DNA of 56,766 nucleotides, the filler included, from Mitosporidium daphniae (taxonomy: Eukaryota), in NCBI RefSeq assembly GCF_000760515.2. It is 2 parts of 2 records of this genome, joined end to end, with 100 filler letters (N's around TTAATTAATTAA, not from the genome) between each part and the next. Parts side by side here need not be neighbours in the genome. Positions count along the whole stretch, not along the records: positions 28,494 to 56,766 come from NW_013546167.1; 1 more part is not named here. One strand, given 5' to 3'. The notes beneath the pieces were generated by a model, which saw only the letters and a program-made list of their open reading frames with translations, was not told where the DNA came from and did not search any database. Positions 33,453 to 46,822 of the stretch are shown here, one piece after another (positions within the stretch are counted from its first letter, which is position 1; each line of letters opens with the position of its first letter). Position numbers and translations under genes: made by a program.

Positions 33453-36400
33453 TTAGCTTGAATAAAGGAGCCGGCTTTTAAGTTCATTTACAAGCAAATC
33501 AAAATCGCCATGTGCATCATACCGATTTTCCTTTGAAGATTGCATCTTAGTGTGCCCAGAGGTTCGAATAGAGCTTTCGTTATAAAACCGCCTTTTCATG
33601 ATACCGGTAGTTATAGACTTTGGTAAGATTACAAAAAATACCTTGAGGGAGATCAGGAAATTTAGCAGCAACTGTAACAGTTCTTCAAATGAAAGACTGT
33701 CTGGTTCTTCACCAAAATATCTTAATGTCTGTGCAGTGCACGACGTTGCAGTGTCCAATACAACTTTCAAATTCTCGATTTCTAAAGTAGCCTTCTTGAA
33801 AAACTGCAATGTCATCGAATTTGAGCCAATCCCATCAAGAAGCTGGATATTTGATTTTAAGTTTTCATATTCACAATAAAGATCGGAAAGTGGCACTAAA
33901 GAAAGACTAAAAATGTAAACCTTTCGAGGCAGAATGCAATGAATCTAACTCGGAAAAAATACTCAACACATCATCAAGCTCGGAAGATAGAACATCTTCA
34001 ATGATAAACTGAAGCAAGCTCGAGGAGCCATTGTTGCATTTCATATCGGATAATCTTTGCAGGCTACAAAGCTTAAATCCACATGCATTTCCCCTATGGT
34101 TTCCCAAATTCAACGCATTTCCAACCAGGAGAATATGCGATAATAAACGCCTGAGAGCCCCGCTATTTTGAATTTGATCAGCGGCCTTAATTATATTTTC
34201 AAGGCCCTAATCATTAAGGCATAAACTAACATTCTGGAGTGGCTTTTTTCGCTCATTAAACATGAGCATTGATTGCATTACCCTGAGATTCAACTGGTAG
34301 TTTGTTCCAAGATCGGAAACCTACAATAAAGCGGCGCAAAAGTACATTTACGAAAAACTTTTCTATCGCCGACAAATTCGATTCCTTTTTCAACAAATTG
34401 ATTAGTGCGAGCTAATTGGCAAATAAAAATATTATCTCTACGTCCTCCGGGAATTTAGGGCCAAATTTTGAAAGATCTCTGATCAAATCTTCGTCTTTTA
34501 AAAAAAGGATATCCATATCTCTAATTGCGTCGATAACAATGGCATGGTCTTTAAATTTGGCGAGTATAATATCTAGATTAAAAGAGTGATGAGCATACTA
34601 AGGTTTTGAGCCCTTTGTAGCTCAAGAGAGGCTTTCTTAATCCTGGGGCTTCCGGAAGAGCCAATTGAGGGGGACACTAAATTTAACGTAAAAAGCTAAC
34701 CTTGGGTTGATTCCATATTTTTGCTAAAGAGATTACGCAGCTTGATTAGCCATCTACTCTGCTCACCTTGAGATAAATCTTGATTGGGAAAAGCGTCGAT
34801 ATGATTAATTGATTCCCAAATGGAGCCGTGAATTTTTGCTTTTGGCAACTTTTCCCAATTCAAAGGTTTTACCGAGATAACATTGGCCAAACCTGATGGT
34901 GAGCAGGTTGAAGATTGAACGTCACCAATGTATGGCGTTGAAGGGCTTGTAATTTCAATTGTAGATGATTTTGACTCAATTGCTGGGGTTGTAATTGAAT
35001 GGGGTGATGAAGGGGTCTGAAAGTCTCTTGCTACTTTAATAGGAAGAGGTGGGGGCAATGGGGTTTGAGTTGAAGATTTTTTGGGAACGGGCATCAAATT
35101 TTTCGGCAGTGGAGGTGGTGGTGGAGGAGGAGGAGAAGAAAAGGAAGAGGAAGAGGATGGTAAAACCGAGGAGACAATAGCAAGAGGAGTATCTTGAGAA
35201 GTCAATGAACTATTTAAAAGAAGTGGCGGTGCTGTAGATTTCTCAAGAGACTTTTTATAGGGTAGGGGCGGCGGCATAGGTGGATGGCAGATTTGTAATT
35301 TTTCTAGCCCCAAAGAAACAGTTTCAGCCGCTGCATTTGGGTCCACACAAGCTTTTATGCTGTCTTCATGGGGAGCTGTAAGGAGCTGGGTCCCTTCATC
35401 AACGACGGGACTCTTCGTTAAATGTGTCTTCGTATAAGGAATAGATGGTGTATCTTCCCTTGAATTGATATCAATTTGATGCTTGCTTTCCTCAATTGAG
35501 GAGACTTCCACAGGTACGCTATTTTTATTATCGATTGAACCCACATCTTTAAAAGGAGGATCCTCTTTTGTGCTCAAACTGAACGAAAGGGAAGATTGGA
35601 TGAAAGACAAGTCAACCGAAAATAGCTCTGTAAAAGACGGATCAAGGAGGGTTTTGTTATATAAAAGATGCTCCAAAAAGGATTGAATGATGGAAAATAT
35701 TGCTAGTCTCACGCTACTGTCGTCCCGTATGGACGAAAACATCCCCATAATAGAATTAAACGTACTCTCGTAGCACGAGCCCCGAATAGATGTCAAAAAG
35801 ACCTGAATATCGATTTCGCGATGTAAATTGAGCGGAATTTTGTGGACATCCTTTACAAGCTTAGAAATAATGGAGCTGAAGGGCTCCAGCTGCTGGAAAG
35901 CATGTCTGCTTTCTTCTTTGCAGAATAGATTTAAAATCTTCTCCTCAAGTCCACACTGATAGAGCTGGTTTAAAAAGTGCTGACGAATGGTAAGCGTGGT
36001 GGTTATTTCGTCGGCATCATTTTCCGGAAACAATAAGGCATTCAAAAATATCAAACAAGACTCCTAACAAAATATCACAAAATCCAAAATACCAGCAGCC
36101 AATATAGATCCTTAGACTTGAATAGCAGATACTGGTGAAGGCTAAATGAGAAGATATTTATAAACACAGAAAATCTACAGGGGGCCTGACGAATCTTTTG
36201 AGCATAGTCAAGAGCCCTCATCACCGCCGCCGTACCGGTATTTGTAACGCTGTTGCATGCAAAGCCAGCCAAAAGCTCGAGGGCAAGCGATGAAGAGGCA
36301 ATGTTCACACTGTCCATTGAAAGGGCGATGAGATTGATGCAATTTTGCTTACCCATCACTACTTTCAAGCCAAACTAAAAAGAAAAGAAAAATCAAGCCA

Positions 36401-37486
36401 AGTACCATATTATTGACAAAGGCTCTCAACACAAGCAAGATAATGTGTTCAGTCTCCAGCCTCTTGCCAAAAGGGCTATTATTAAAAGGTTAAAAATAAA
36501 GTATACATTGGCGAAATGGAAGAAGACGAGGAGGACGACTTTGTAGGAAACAAATTAGAGTTGTAAAGTTTGAGCAGATAATCGAGTCCCTTTAACTTTG
36601 CAAACTTTTTCAACCAGCTAAAGATAAAAAGAAAAGATACTACCATACAGGCTCTGAAGAAATGGAGACTTTCAAATTTAATAGGAAAGAAAGATTTGAT
36701 TTTGAACTCAGCAAACAAGACGATTCTACCTCTAAGGTCTCGCAAAAATACTCCGGTGACTGGAAATAATCTTTTGCTTTTGAACTCTAAAGGTAATTTC
36801 CCACAAAGATACCAAAAAATTATCCTTAATTAACGCCCATTTTACGTCATTAGAGAGGGTCGAAGCGGGGAAGGAAGAGGTAATCCGCGATTTCTATTGA
36901 TAGGATGGAACCAAAATACCATTAGAGAATTCCAATATTCATCGATAATTTCTGTTGGAGGGGTTACAGAGGCATATTTCTCAATGGCCACAGAAGGGTC
37001 AGCACAGGATTCAGGCTCTTCTGCTTCATAGCCAACCTCCAGTGAATCGTCAACAGCTAAAGATTCTTTTAAATGGTATTTTGCATAGTAGTCATAGCTT
37101 AATGAGGAGAGGGTCTCTTGGTCGCGGATAAAATATGAATTTCCGCCAAGACGTGGAAATTCAACCGGAAATTCAACTGGAACTTCATTGTCGTGAGGTG
37201 GGAATTGCTGAATAGTGTGCGGAGAAAGATCAGGAATTTCTTGAGATAACAAAAAATCATGAGGGGTGAGATCTTTTGCATGGCTTGCACTGTTAATCTG
37301 GGTCAAATTGCTGACTTTTGAGAGGGATCTTGAAATAGATCCATCTCCAAAAAGAAACGAGGTTGTGTTTTTAAGGAGAGATCTTAAATTTGTTGTTTTA
37401 AGCGAAATTGATGATTTTCTTTTTACATCTTCGTTGTTGATGGCCGAAATACTGTGCGAGAGTTTATCTTTTCCAAATGAAATCAT
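33453..37486 (-). CDS. Formin (GBD/FH3-FH1-FH2), about 13 tiny GT-AG introns
   Basis: LKVSISSEPVCWLKKF, ALELLAGF, poly-Pro FH1, KPLNWEKL..GSIW, RAQNL.I.L, ILLVGNALNLG..GNACGFKLCSL.RLSDMK. Confidence 0.88.
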
Positions 37487-37591
37487 ATTGAGATTTGGTG
37501 GGCAAAAAGTTCTACCCAGCAACAAGCTGATTAAAGTGCATATCTCAAAAATTGGCTCTTAATTAAAAATTTAATTAACTTCCAAGTTTGG

Positions 37592-38461
37592 ATGTCCCAA
37601 ACATTTACGGAACACTTTCCGTTGGGCCAATATTTGGCAGCTTCTTCTATTGCGGCAATAGCTTCTCGGACCGCTTGCCATCCGTTAGATACAATTAAAA
37701 TTAACTTCCAGAAAGGCAAAACCATTAACGCTCGTATGCATCCCGCATTACTATATAGGGGATATGTCTTCTCAACGATAAGCACCATTCCTGCACTCTC
37801 CCTTTTTCTTGCAACATATGAGCGCAGCAAATATTTGCTCGCTTCTTTTGAAACTTCCGAGGACTCTTCGATGCTTTCCAGATTTAAGCACCATATTTTC
37901 TCGGCTGCAATTGCAGAGGTATTTTTGCTTGAACTTATTTTTCGGTTGTCTCTGGGACTCTATGGACGCCCTCTGAAATCATAAAGCAGTATTTGCAGAC
38001 TTCACACTCAAACTGGAAAGGGTGTTGTTTTTGGTTCTTTTTTTACTAGAGTGGTCCGAGACATTTACAATACCCAAGGTGGGAAGGGATTTTTCCGCGG
38101 ATATTTCTATTCCATACTTTCGTTTCTTCCATCCTCCGCCATTTATTTTTGCACATTTGAAGAGCTAAATCACCGTTGTTTTAAATCCGAAGAGTCATCT
38201 TTCAACACATTGCTAAGGAACAGTTTCTTTGCCTCTTTATTTTCATCCGCAATCACCTCACCTCTTGATCTTTTAAAGACAAGGAGGCAGTTTTTCCATT
38301 TATCGTCGAAAAGTTCGGAGCTGATTCTTCAATCCTTTTCTTCGTTTCGACTTCGTGGACTTTTAACAAATGCCTTCCTCCGATGTCTATGGAATGTCCC
38401 CTCCGTGACAATTTCTATCGCCACATATGAACATTTAAAGCAAAATTTTATACGCCAATAA
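37592..38461 (+). CDS. Mitochondrial carrier family (SLC25) protein, 2 introns
   Basis: Three Px[DE]xxK motifs: HPLDTIK, TPSEIIKQ (needs the 37919-37944 intron), SPLDLLKTR; EG-like QGGKGFFRG. Confidence 0.85.
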
Positions 38462-38462
38462 A

Positions 38463-38913
38463 TTATTTCGTCATTCCAGCTGCTGCCTCGGCTTCTTGTT
38501 GCGTATACGGCTCATCTTTCAGCAGCTTTAGTCTACTTAATAAGTGGAAATAGCATGCCTTCGCTTGTGTATTTTCGATCTTCGGTGTTCGTCCAAAGAG
38601 TGCCCATCAGTAAAGTAGCGGCTTTGCGAGTTATTTGAAAATATTTACCTGCACTCGATGCAAAGAAATTCGCCACATCCAGGTAGCTCCTCTAGAGATG
38701 TGGCATCCACCGACTCATTCACGGCGTTGACTTTCATATCTGTTCCGCAAGTCGCCTTTATCTGTTTTGCAAGATCTTCATGTATTTGGTCTAAATGTAA
38801 ATGAAATCAATGGAAATGTTGATATCTTTGGTGCGTCTTTTTAATCGGAACTTTTTGGAACGGTCCTTGATGCCAACGTGTTTTCTTTTCTTGCTTTGCT
38901 TTCCTGTTCCCAT
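38463..38913 (-). CDS. BUD20: Ribosome biogenesis zinc finger Bud20/ZNF593; three introns (AT-AC, GT-AG, GC-AG); absent from the ORF track
   Basis: Spliced [58 protein letters not shown]. Confidence 0.9.
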
Positions 38914-38941
38914 ATTAAAAATTAAAAAATTTAATTGGATT

Positions 38942-40516
38942 TCACGGCAAAATTCTTTTTGGGTCCCTTGGAAACATCGAGGCTCGCCTGATGTCGTTTA
39001 GACCCAATATTTGCATGACGAGCCGCTCAAGCCCCAATCCGAATCCAGCATGAGGAGGAACGCCCCACTTGAATGCGTCCAAATATGCACCTAATGAATT
39101 TGCATCTAGAAAGTTAGAATCACCATCACTTGCCTATTCCAGAAGCCCTGACGCGTTCGACAAGGCTATCTCTGCAATGGATACGCTGGGAGCCGGAGAT
39201 AACTTCCTCTCCTCTAATAAGCACATCAAATGCATTGCAATAGCGATTGTCTTCAGAGGGCATACTATAAAACGGTCGAATGCAGGCGGGAAATTGATCC
39301 AAAATGAAAACGTCAGTATGGTATTTTTGGCGTACGATTTTCCCCAGTTGCTTTTCTTCAGCAAACCTATCAAGTAAATCCCATCTGCATACGAAAAATC
39401 CGAAAATCCGTCAAAATTGCATGCATTGGCCTCATTGAGGAGCTGTCGCGCCTCTTTGAAGGGAACTATTGGAATTGTTGGGACCTGCAACGGCTCAACT
39501 GTTGATGCTCGCACAATTGAGTCATAGAGAGGCAAAGAGGAAATCTCACTTGCAATGAAAATCAGAAACTGAGACACAAAGGAAAGAAATGAAGAATAGC
39601 CATCGTTCAACTCCATTTCAACATCGATTCCAGTGAATTCGGTCAAATGGCGATGTGTGTTTGAAGGTTCTGCTCGAAATATCGGACCGACTTCAAAAAC
39701 CCGTTTAAAGTCGCCACAGATTGCCATCTGCTTGTACAGCTGAGGACTTTGTGCTAAACATGCGGGTTTTTCAAAGTAGCTAACAATAAATTAAGTATCA
39801 CATACGATACAGGAAAAAAGGCCGAGCCACCCTCAGAAGAGCCGTGTAGAATTTTTGGCGTATGGATTTGGCAAAAACTTTGTGAACGGAGCCAAGAGAC
39901 AATACTCCATTCGACGTCTGAAAGTATCCTGAAAATCAAAGAATTGGAAAAGTCTAAGCGTAAATCTACCACTCTGTGGTCGAGTCGATGCTCAAGAGAC
40001 GTTTTCTCCGCATCAATTGGTATTGGCGTTGATGCAGAAGAAACCAAGCCTAGTTTGTCGACATAAAGTTCTTACGAGAGAAATTGATAAATCCATACCT
40101 ATGGATTATATGCCAATCAAAAGGACCTTTGTTTTGGATTGTACAGCCAGTAATTTTGCTTTTTACAGGATGGATGTGGCCCACAACTTCTACAATGCTT
40201 TCTCTTGTAAGCAAGGCTGGCTTAAAATCGAGGATAGAATTATTGACGATCAATTGAAGCGTAGAAGGCAAAGGGAAGCCTTCCCTAATGACGATGAATG
40301 ATGTTTTTCCTAATAACAGTCAATGTTTACGGACACGATAATACCAATATCTCGGATTCGATGGACCCGCCCTCGAACCTTGAGAGAGCCAGAGAAGCCT
40401 TCTAGTGAAGATATGTCGCTTATATTGTAGTATGGAATTTTGGAGAAGTAAGCACATGATTTCCAGCACGTTATAGATGGCTTTTTTGGCCTTGGCTGCA
40501 GTTTCGAACAAAACAT
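38942..40516 (-). CDS. Aspartyl-tRNA synthetase, eukaryotic cytosolic-type catalytic core; start uncertain (40516 or 40573)
   Basis: [62 protein letters not shown]. Confidence 0.88.
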
Positions 40517-40784
40517 TAAAAAAAGAATTTGGTCTCTATGGGCCGCATACATGGCTTTGGTACATAACCACATATAAGTGTGTCATTGTATTCTATTATA
40601 TGACCGGATCGAATATATGTTTTTTGTTGGTGGTCTGATTAAATTTACCAAAAAGCACCAAAATGAGAATTGGCTCGGACATACAACGAGCATGTTACCC
40701 CGCCCCACCAACTCCATAAATTGGTCAAATGGACATAAATTGACATAAATTGGTCAAATTGGTCAATTTTAAAATCAATTTGAT

Positions 40785-41932
40785 ATGATCAAATCCATAT
40801 CTGTCGGATTTCGTTCCTCTTTGTTCGTGACGTCGGTCTTGCTTTTCCTGCTGAAATGCACTTGCCAGGTTGGTAATTTAATTCAACGGCTCAACTATTT
40901 ATAGGAATTTGGATATGAAAGCCTACAACGCCTCTCACAGGCCTCCAGTGATGGAGTTATCTCTCTCGGGTCTGTGCAGTTTAAAAAAATGATGAACTCT
41001 CCCCGAAATTATCACGTTGCAATTCTTTTTAATATAATCCATAAAGACTTTCCGTGTGCTGAATGCGAGTACGTTTGTTCCTAATTGTTAGCGCTGCTAA
41101 CGAAGGGTTCCGCTTGCTTTCAAAAGAATGGAAAAGATCCAAGGATAAGCCTGAGAATGCCAACACGCTGCTATTCTTTGTAAATATTGATTTCTCCGAA
41201 GGTGGAAGGGAAGCTTTCGCCATGGTAAATTAAATGGGCATAACACTTGATAGATGGGAATCAAGGCACCGCCCCATTTTATCCTCTTCGAGGAGACATC
41301 AAAGACTCATAGCCAACCCAACGTTATTAAGAGCAGGTAAGACAATCGATCTAAATTCCACCTATTCAGCCATTTAGATATTTACTCCATGCACTCGATG
41401 ATCACCAAAGTGCTTTCCGTTCAGGTTAGTTCATTTCTGCTGATCAAAATAATAGTTCGAAAGCCCATCGAGCTTTAGCCTATTGAAGATGATATCAACA
41501 CTTGCCATGGTATTCATTGTCGCAATTGTGATATATTATTTCAACACGCCATTGTTGAGATTAATATCCCACGATTACTTTTGGAAGTTGCTTATTGTTC
41601 CGATGGTGATCATCTTCTGTTCTGGCCACATGTGGAATGCCATCAGAGGGCCAAATTTCATTTCGCAAGAGGGAAAAACCATAAAGGTCTTTTTGAACCA
41701 GCTAATGATGCAAAACGGCATTGAAAGCCTCATATTGACGGTCCTTATCTCCGTTTGCAGCATTGCCTTACTTTCACTCTCGAACGCCTCTAACGATCAA
41801 AAAAAGGGTTCCGAGAAGAAAAACTCAATGCTCATCTTACTTGCCCTGATCCTATTTGTGATCACCTATAGTAGTGCGTGCGCCTGCTTCAGGGAGAAGG
41901 GAATGGGATACCCGTTTGGCTTTTTCTACTAA
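40785..41932 (+). CDS. OST3: Oligosaccharyltransferase subunit Ost3/Ost6 (TUSC3/MAGT1 family), spliced
   Basis: Signal peptide, PRNY, CAEC, SGHMWNAIRGP, Q.GIES, K..GYPF. Confidence 0.85.
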
Positions 41933-41969
41933 TAGCATACCAATAAATTTGATAAATATTTTAATCTAT

Positions 41970-43746
41970 TTACTGTTGGATCTCATCATATGAACTTTCG
42001 CTGTCATTGGCATGGAAATTTGAAGATGCATCCGAAAGATCGGTATCTTCATAATCTGTCGAGTCATCACCGCAAGTTTCCAATAGAGGACTTTCCGCAT
42101 GGAGATCCAGCTTTTCAAGGCTCTTTTCCAGTTGGCCGTCGTCCTCGTGGTCAGGCCTAATGTTGTCTGTGCAAACACCGTTGTCTTCGTTGGATAAACC
42201 AGTGAAAGACTCGCCGGAAGTCGACAAAAATCCGTCACTTGTCAAAAGTAGCTCAGCTCCGCGATTTCCGCTAGAAAACTCCAATGAAATATCTTCTACT
42301 GAGATTGGATGTTCACCTGAAGGCAGCAAAATACCCCGGTCGGTGGCTTGGGTCCCATTAGTTTGCACACCGTCAACAAGGACTCCAAACTCATTTTCAT
42401 CATTGCAAGAAAGAGCATACTTCTGGTCATCAATGGAACCATGGTCACTGTCTGCATCAACACAAGTGTCCTCACTTGAAAGTTGACCTGGAAAACTAGC
42501 AACCGTTTTTGTTGAATGGTACTTCTTTTCTAAATCAATCTCCACATTAGGTGGCGAGTTTATACTACGGTCTTGACGTCCCTCAACAGAGAGCACATTC
42601 AGATTCTCTTCATCATTAGAGTCAGCAAAGCCGCTTTTTTCTGTACTCGAGGAAATAGACAAATTTTCAGAATCGCAAGGAGAGCCGTCATTTGCTCTTG
42701 TATGGACCTTAGAGCTAGCTGAAGATAAACTCGGATCTTTTCTAAACTCCTCATCGGAGCCATCGTGAAACGAGAATTGGGGGAGCGACAAATTTGAGTC
42801 TGAAAATTCGGTCCATTCTTCAAAAGGGTCGTCATCAGCATCAAAATTTAGGTTTTTCGGATGTAAAAACGAGTCTTCATCAGAATCCCTGCGTTCTAAA
42901 GATTTGGACAGAGCATTTGGCGAGGAATTCCACACCCAAAAGTAAAACGAAAATCGAGACCAGAAAATATCTTGCGACAGGCTTGGATCCGATTCTTAGT
43001 TTAAAATGACAAATGTACCTGAGGTACGTCTCTGCACCTCGAAAAGGCTAGGATATTCGGAAAGTATGGCATGTCGATGGGTTATAGGGACAAAAGAAGA
43101 GTCATGATCGTTGGCAAATTGTTGGAATTGCATTGGGAGCAATATTGAAGGGTTATCCAAAAGCAGAAGTGGATTTTGGCACAAGTGGTCCATAAATGAG
43201 TCCATTTTTTTGCTACAAAAATGATGATGATGATGATGGAAAAGAGGGCTTACCGGAACTGCTCAGCTTGTTCGATATCGCTTGAACTCAAATATGAATG
43301 AAGTGAAGAGATCCCAGAATCAACGTAGTTCACGAATTGGTCTGGAATGCAGGAAAGCTTTGAAACTACGTTTTCAATCGGAAGGGTCTCCGTAAGTTTA
43401 GTGGAGAGTCTCTGAGTTATGGTATTTACAGATCCGCTTAATTTTGAGAATCCTGAAGAGAAATAGGATAGAGACGAAAAAATTCCGGCTTCTTCTTCTG
43501 GCTCGTCATTTGATGAAAACAGTTCCTTGATAGACTTTTCTTTCTAAATGTAAAAACTATTGGATGCAAAAAGGGCATGCAAGGGAATAAAAAAGGGCAT
43601 GCAAGGGAATGCAAAAAGGACATGCAAGGGAATGCAAAAAGGACATGCAAGGGAATGCAAAAAGGACATGCAAGGGAATGCAAAAAGGACATGCAAGGGA
43701 ATGGAAAATGAAAGCATACCATTGCCTGGGAATTGGGAGATGTCAT
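41970..43746 (-). CDS. Putative BSD-domain protein with a long acidic tail (3 introns; first 43544-43719)
   Basis: Spliced ILSEYPSL...SQDIFWSRFSFY resembles the BSD FW-x-R motif; exons join in frame. Confidence 0.55.
43564..43703. repeat. 22-23-bp minisatellite (ATGCAAGGGAATGCAAAAAGGAC), about 6 copies, intronic
   Basis: Unit starts at 43576, 43598, 43621, 43644, 43667, 43690. Confidence 0.92.
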
Positions 43747-43813
43747 CCTTTAAAATTTTAAATTTAAAATTGAAATTATGGATTCAAATAGCATAATTAT
43801 CACAAAACTCAAG

Positions 43814-44983
43814 ATGCCTTCAACTTTGTGGACTTGCTTGCAAAACTAAAGTGTAGATCGCACTTTGCACATATATGTCCCGAGATATCCCGAACATTTT
43901 AACATGGCCACTACACCCGAACTTCGCTCCAAACTTTCCGCGGCAGCAGCAGCTATTTGCGCCCCAGGAAAAGGTATCTTGGCTGCAGACGAGTCTACAG
44001 GAACAATTGGAAAACGCTTTGATTCTATCTCGGTAGCCAATGTAGAGGAAAACCGCCGTGCTTACCGCGAGCTTTTATTTACCACCAATCCAGATGTCTT
44101 GAAGGCTACCATTGGCGGTGTCATTTTCTTCGAAGAGACCCTTGACCAAAAAACAGCCGATGGCGTCTTGTTCACAGATCTTCTTCGTGGCCTTGGCATC
44201 CATATTGGCATTAAGGTTGATAAGGGTCTTACCATCATCCCAGGAACCAATGACGAAAGTGCTACTCTTGGTCTTGATGGACTTGCCGAGCGTTGCCAAC
44301 AATACGTGGCCAAAGGAGCTACTTTTGCCAAGTGGCGTGCTGTCCTAAAGATCGACAGCCAGGAGCCATCTGCGCTTGCAATCGAAGAGAATGCCCATGG
44401 GCTTGCAAGATATGCTGCCATTTGCCAGGCTAACGGACTTGTCCCGATTGTCGAGCCCGAAATCTTAATGGATGGCTCTCATGACTTGGAAAAAGCCATC
44501 GCAACCACTGAGAAGGTCCTTTCTGTCGTTTACAAGAAGCTTGCTGAGCATCATGTGTACTTGGAAGGCACTCTTCTCAAGCCAAACATGGTGTGCCCAG
44601 GTGTTAGTTGCCCCACCAAGTACACTCCAGAAGAGATTGCCGCAGCAACGGTAACGGTTCTTCGTCGCACGGTGCCTCCGTCAGTTCCCGGCATTACTTT
44701 TCTCTCTGGGGGCCAATCAGAAGAAGAAGCAACTGTGCATTTAAATGCCATCAATTGCGTTCCTCTCAACAACCCTTGGGCATTGACCTTTTCCTATGGT
44801 CGTGCGCTTCAACACACCGTTCTTAATACCTGGAAGGGATGCAAAGACAATGTGGAGGCTGCAAAACAAGCTCTCATTGTCCGAGCAACCGCCAATTCCC
44901 AGGCTTCGCTTGGAAAATATCAATCCAACGGACTTGCCAAAGGAGCTGGCCAGAGTCTTTTTGTCTCAAATTACCGTTATTAA
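43814..44983 (+). CDS. Fructose-bisphosphate aldolase class I (start uncertain: 43814 via a 24-nt intron, or 43904)
   Basis: [33 protein letters not shown] (Schiff-base Lys), [18 protein letters not shown], terminal Y. Confidence 0.95.
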
Positions 44984-45082
44984 TTTTGAATACATTTGCA
45001 TTGTGGATTTTATTGGAGCGACGTATGGAGGTGTGGTTATTTAATTGATGGTTTATTTATTTACAGAAGGGTTGTTTTGTTG

Positions 45083-46512
<1,430 letters not shown>

Positions 46513-46822
46513 GATATTTTGGATGGGAAAAGTCGACACGATGAAATGTGCGCAAGGTTTAGAGAAATATATGTGGAGTGGTCTAGTTCAACAGGAAGAA
46601 GTGGATGGAGGTCGAAAACAATGTTGAAGGGTTATTTTGAGCCTCGCACCAAATGATTCAATTTTGATCTAAATTGCCACTATTACAATTGTTTCTAAAG
46701 GCACGTACTCTGCTTGGATTGTATTCAAGCAGATAATACTAGACGACAATGCATTGATTCAAAAACTGATTATTGATTGACTGATATTACAATTTAAATG
46801 CTTAAATACAAATATTTTACTT

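Noticed and set aside
40714..40770. Short degenerate repeats (CATAAATTGGTCAAAT), also 30990-31037 and 25566-25597
   Set aside because: Ordinary slippage duplications in AT-rich spacers; no evidence of function
43564..43703. Repeats (also 46895-47050) as a CRISPR array
   Set aside because: Head-to-tail repeats without unique spacers, eukaryotic context, no cas genes
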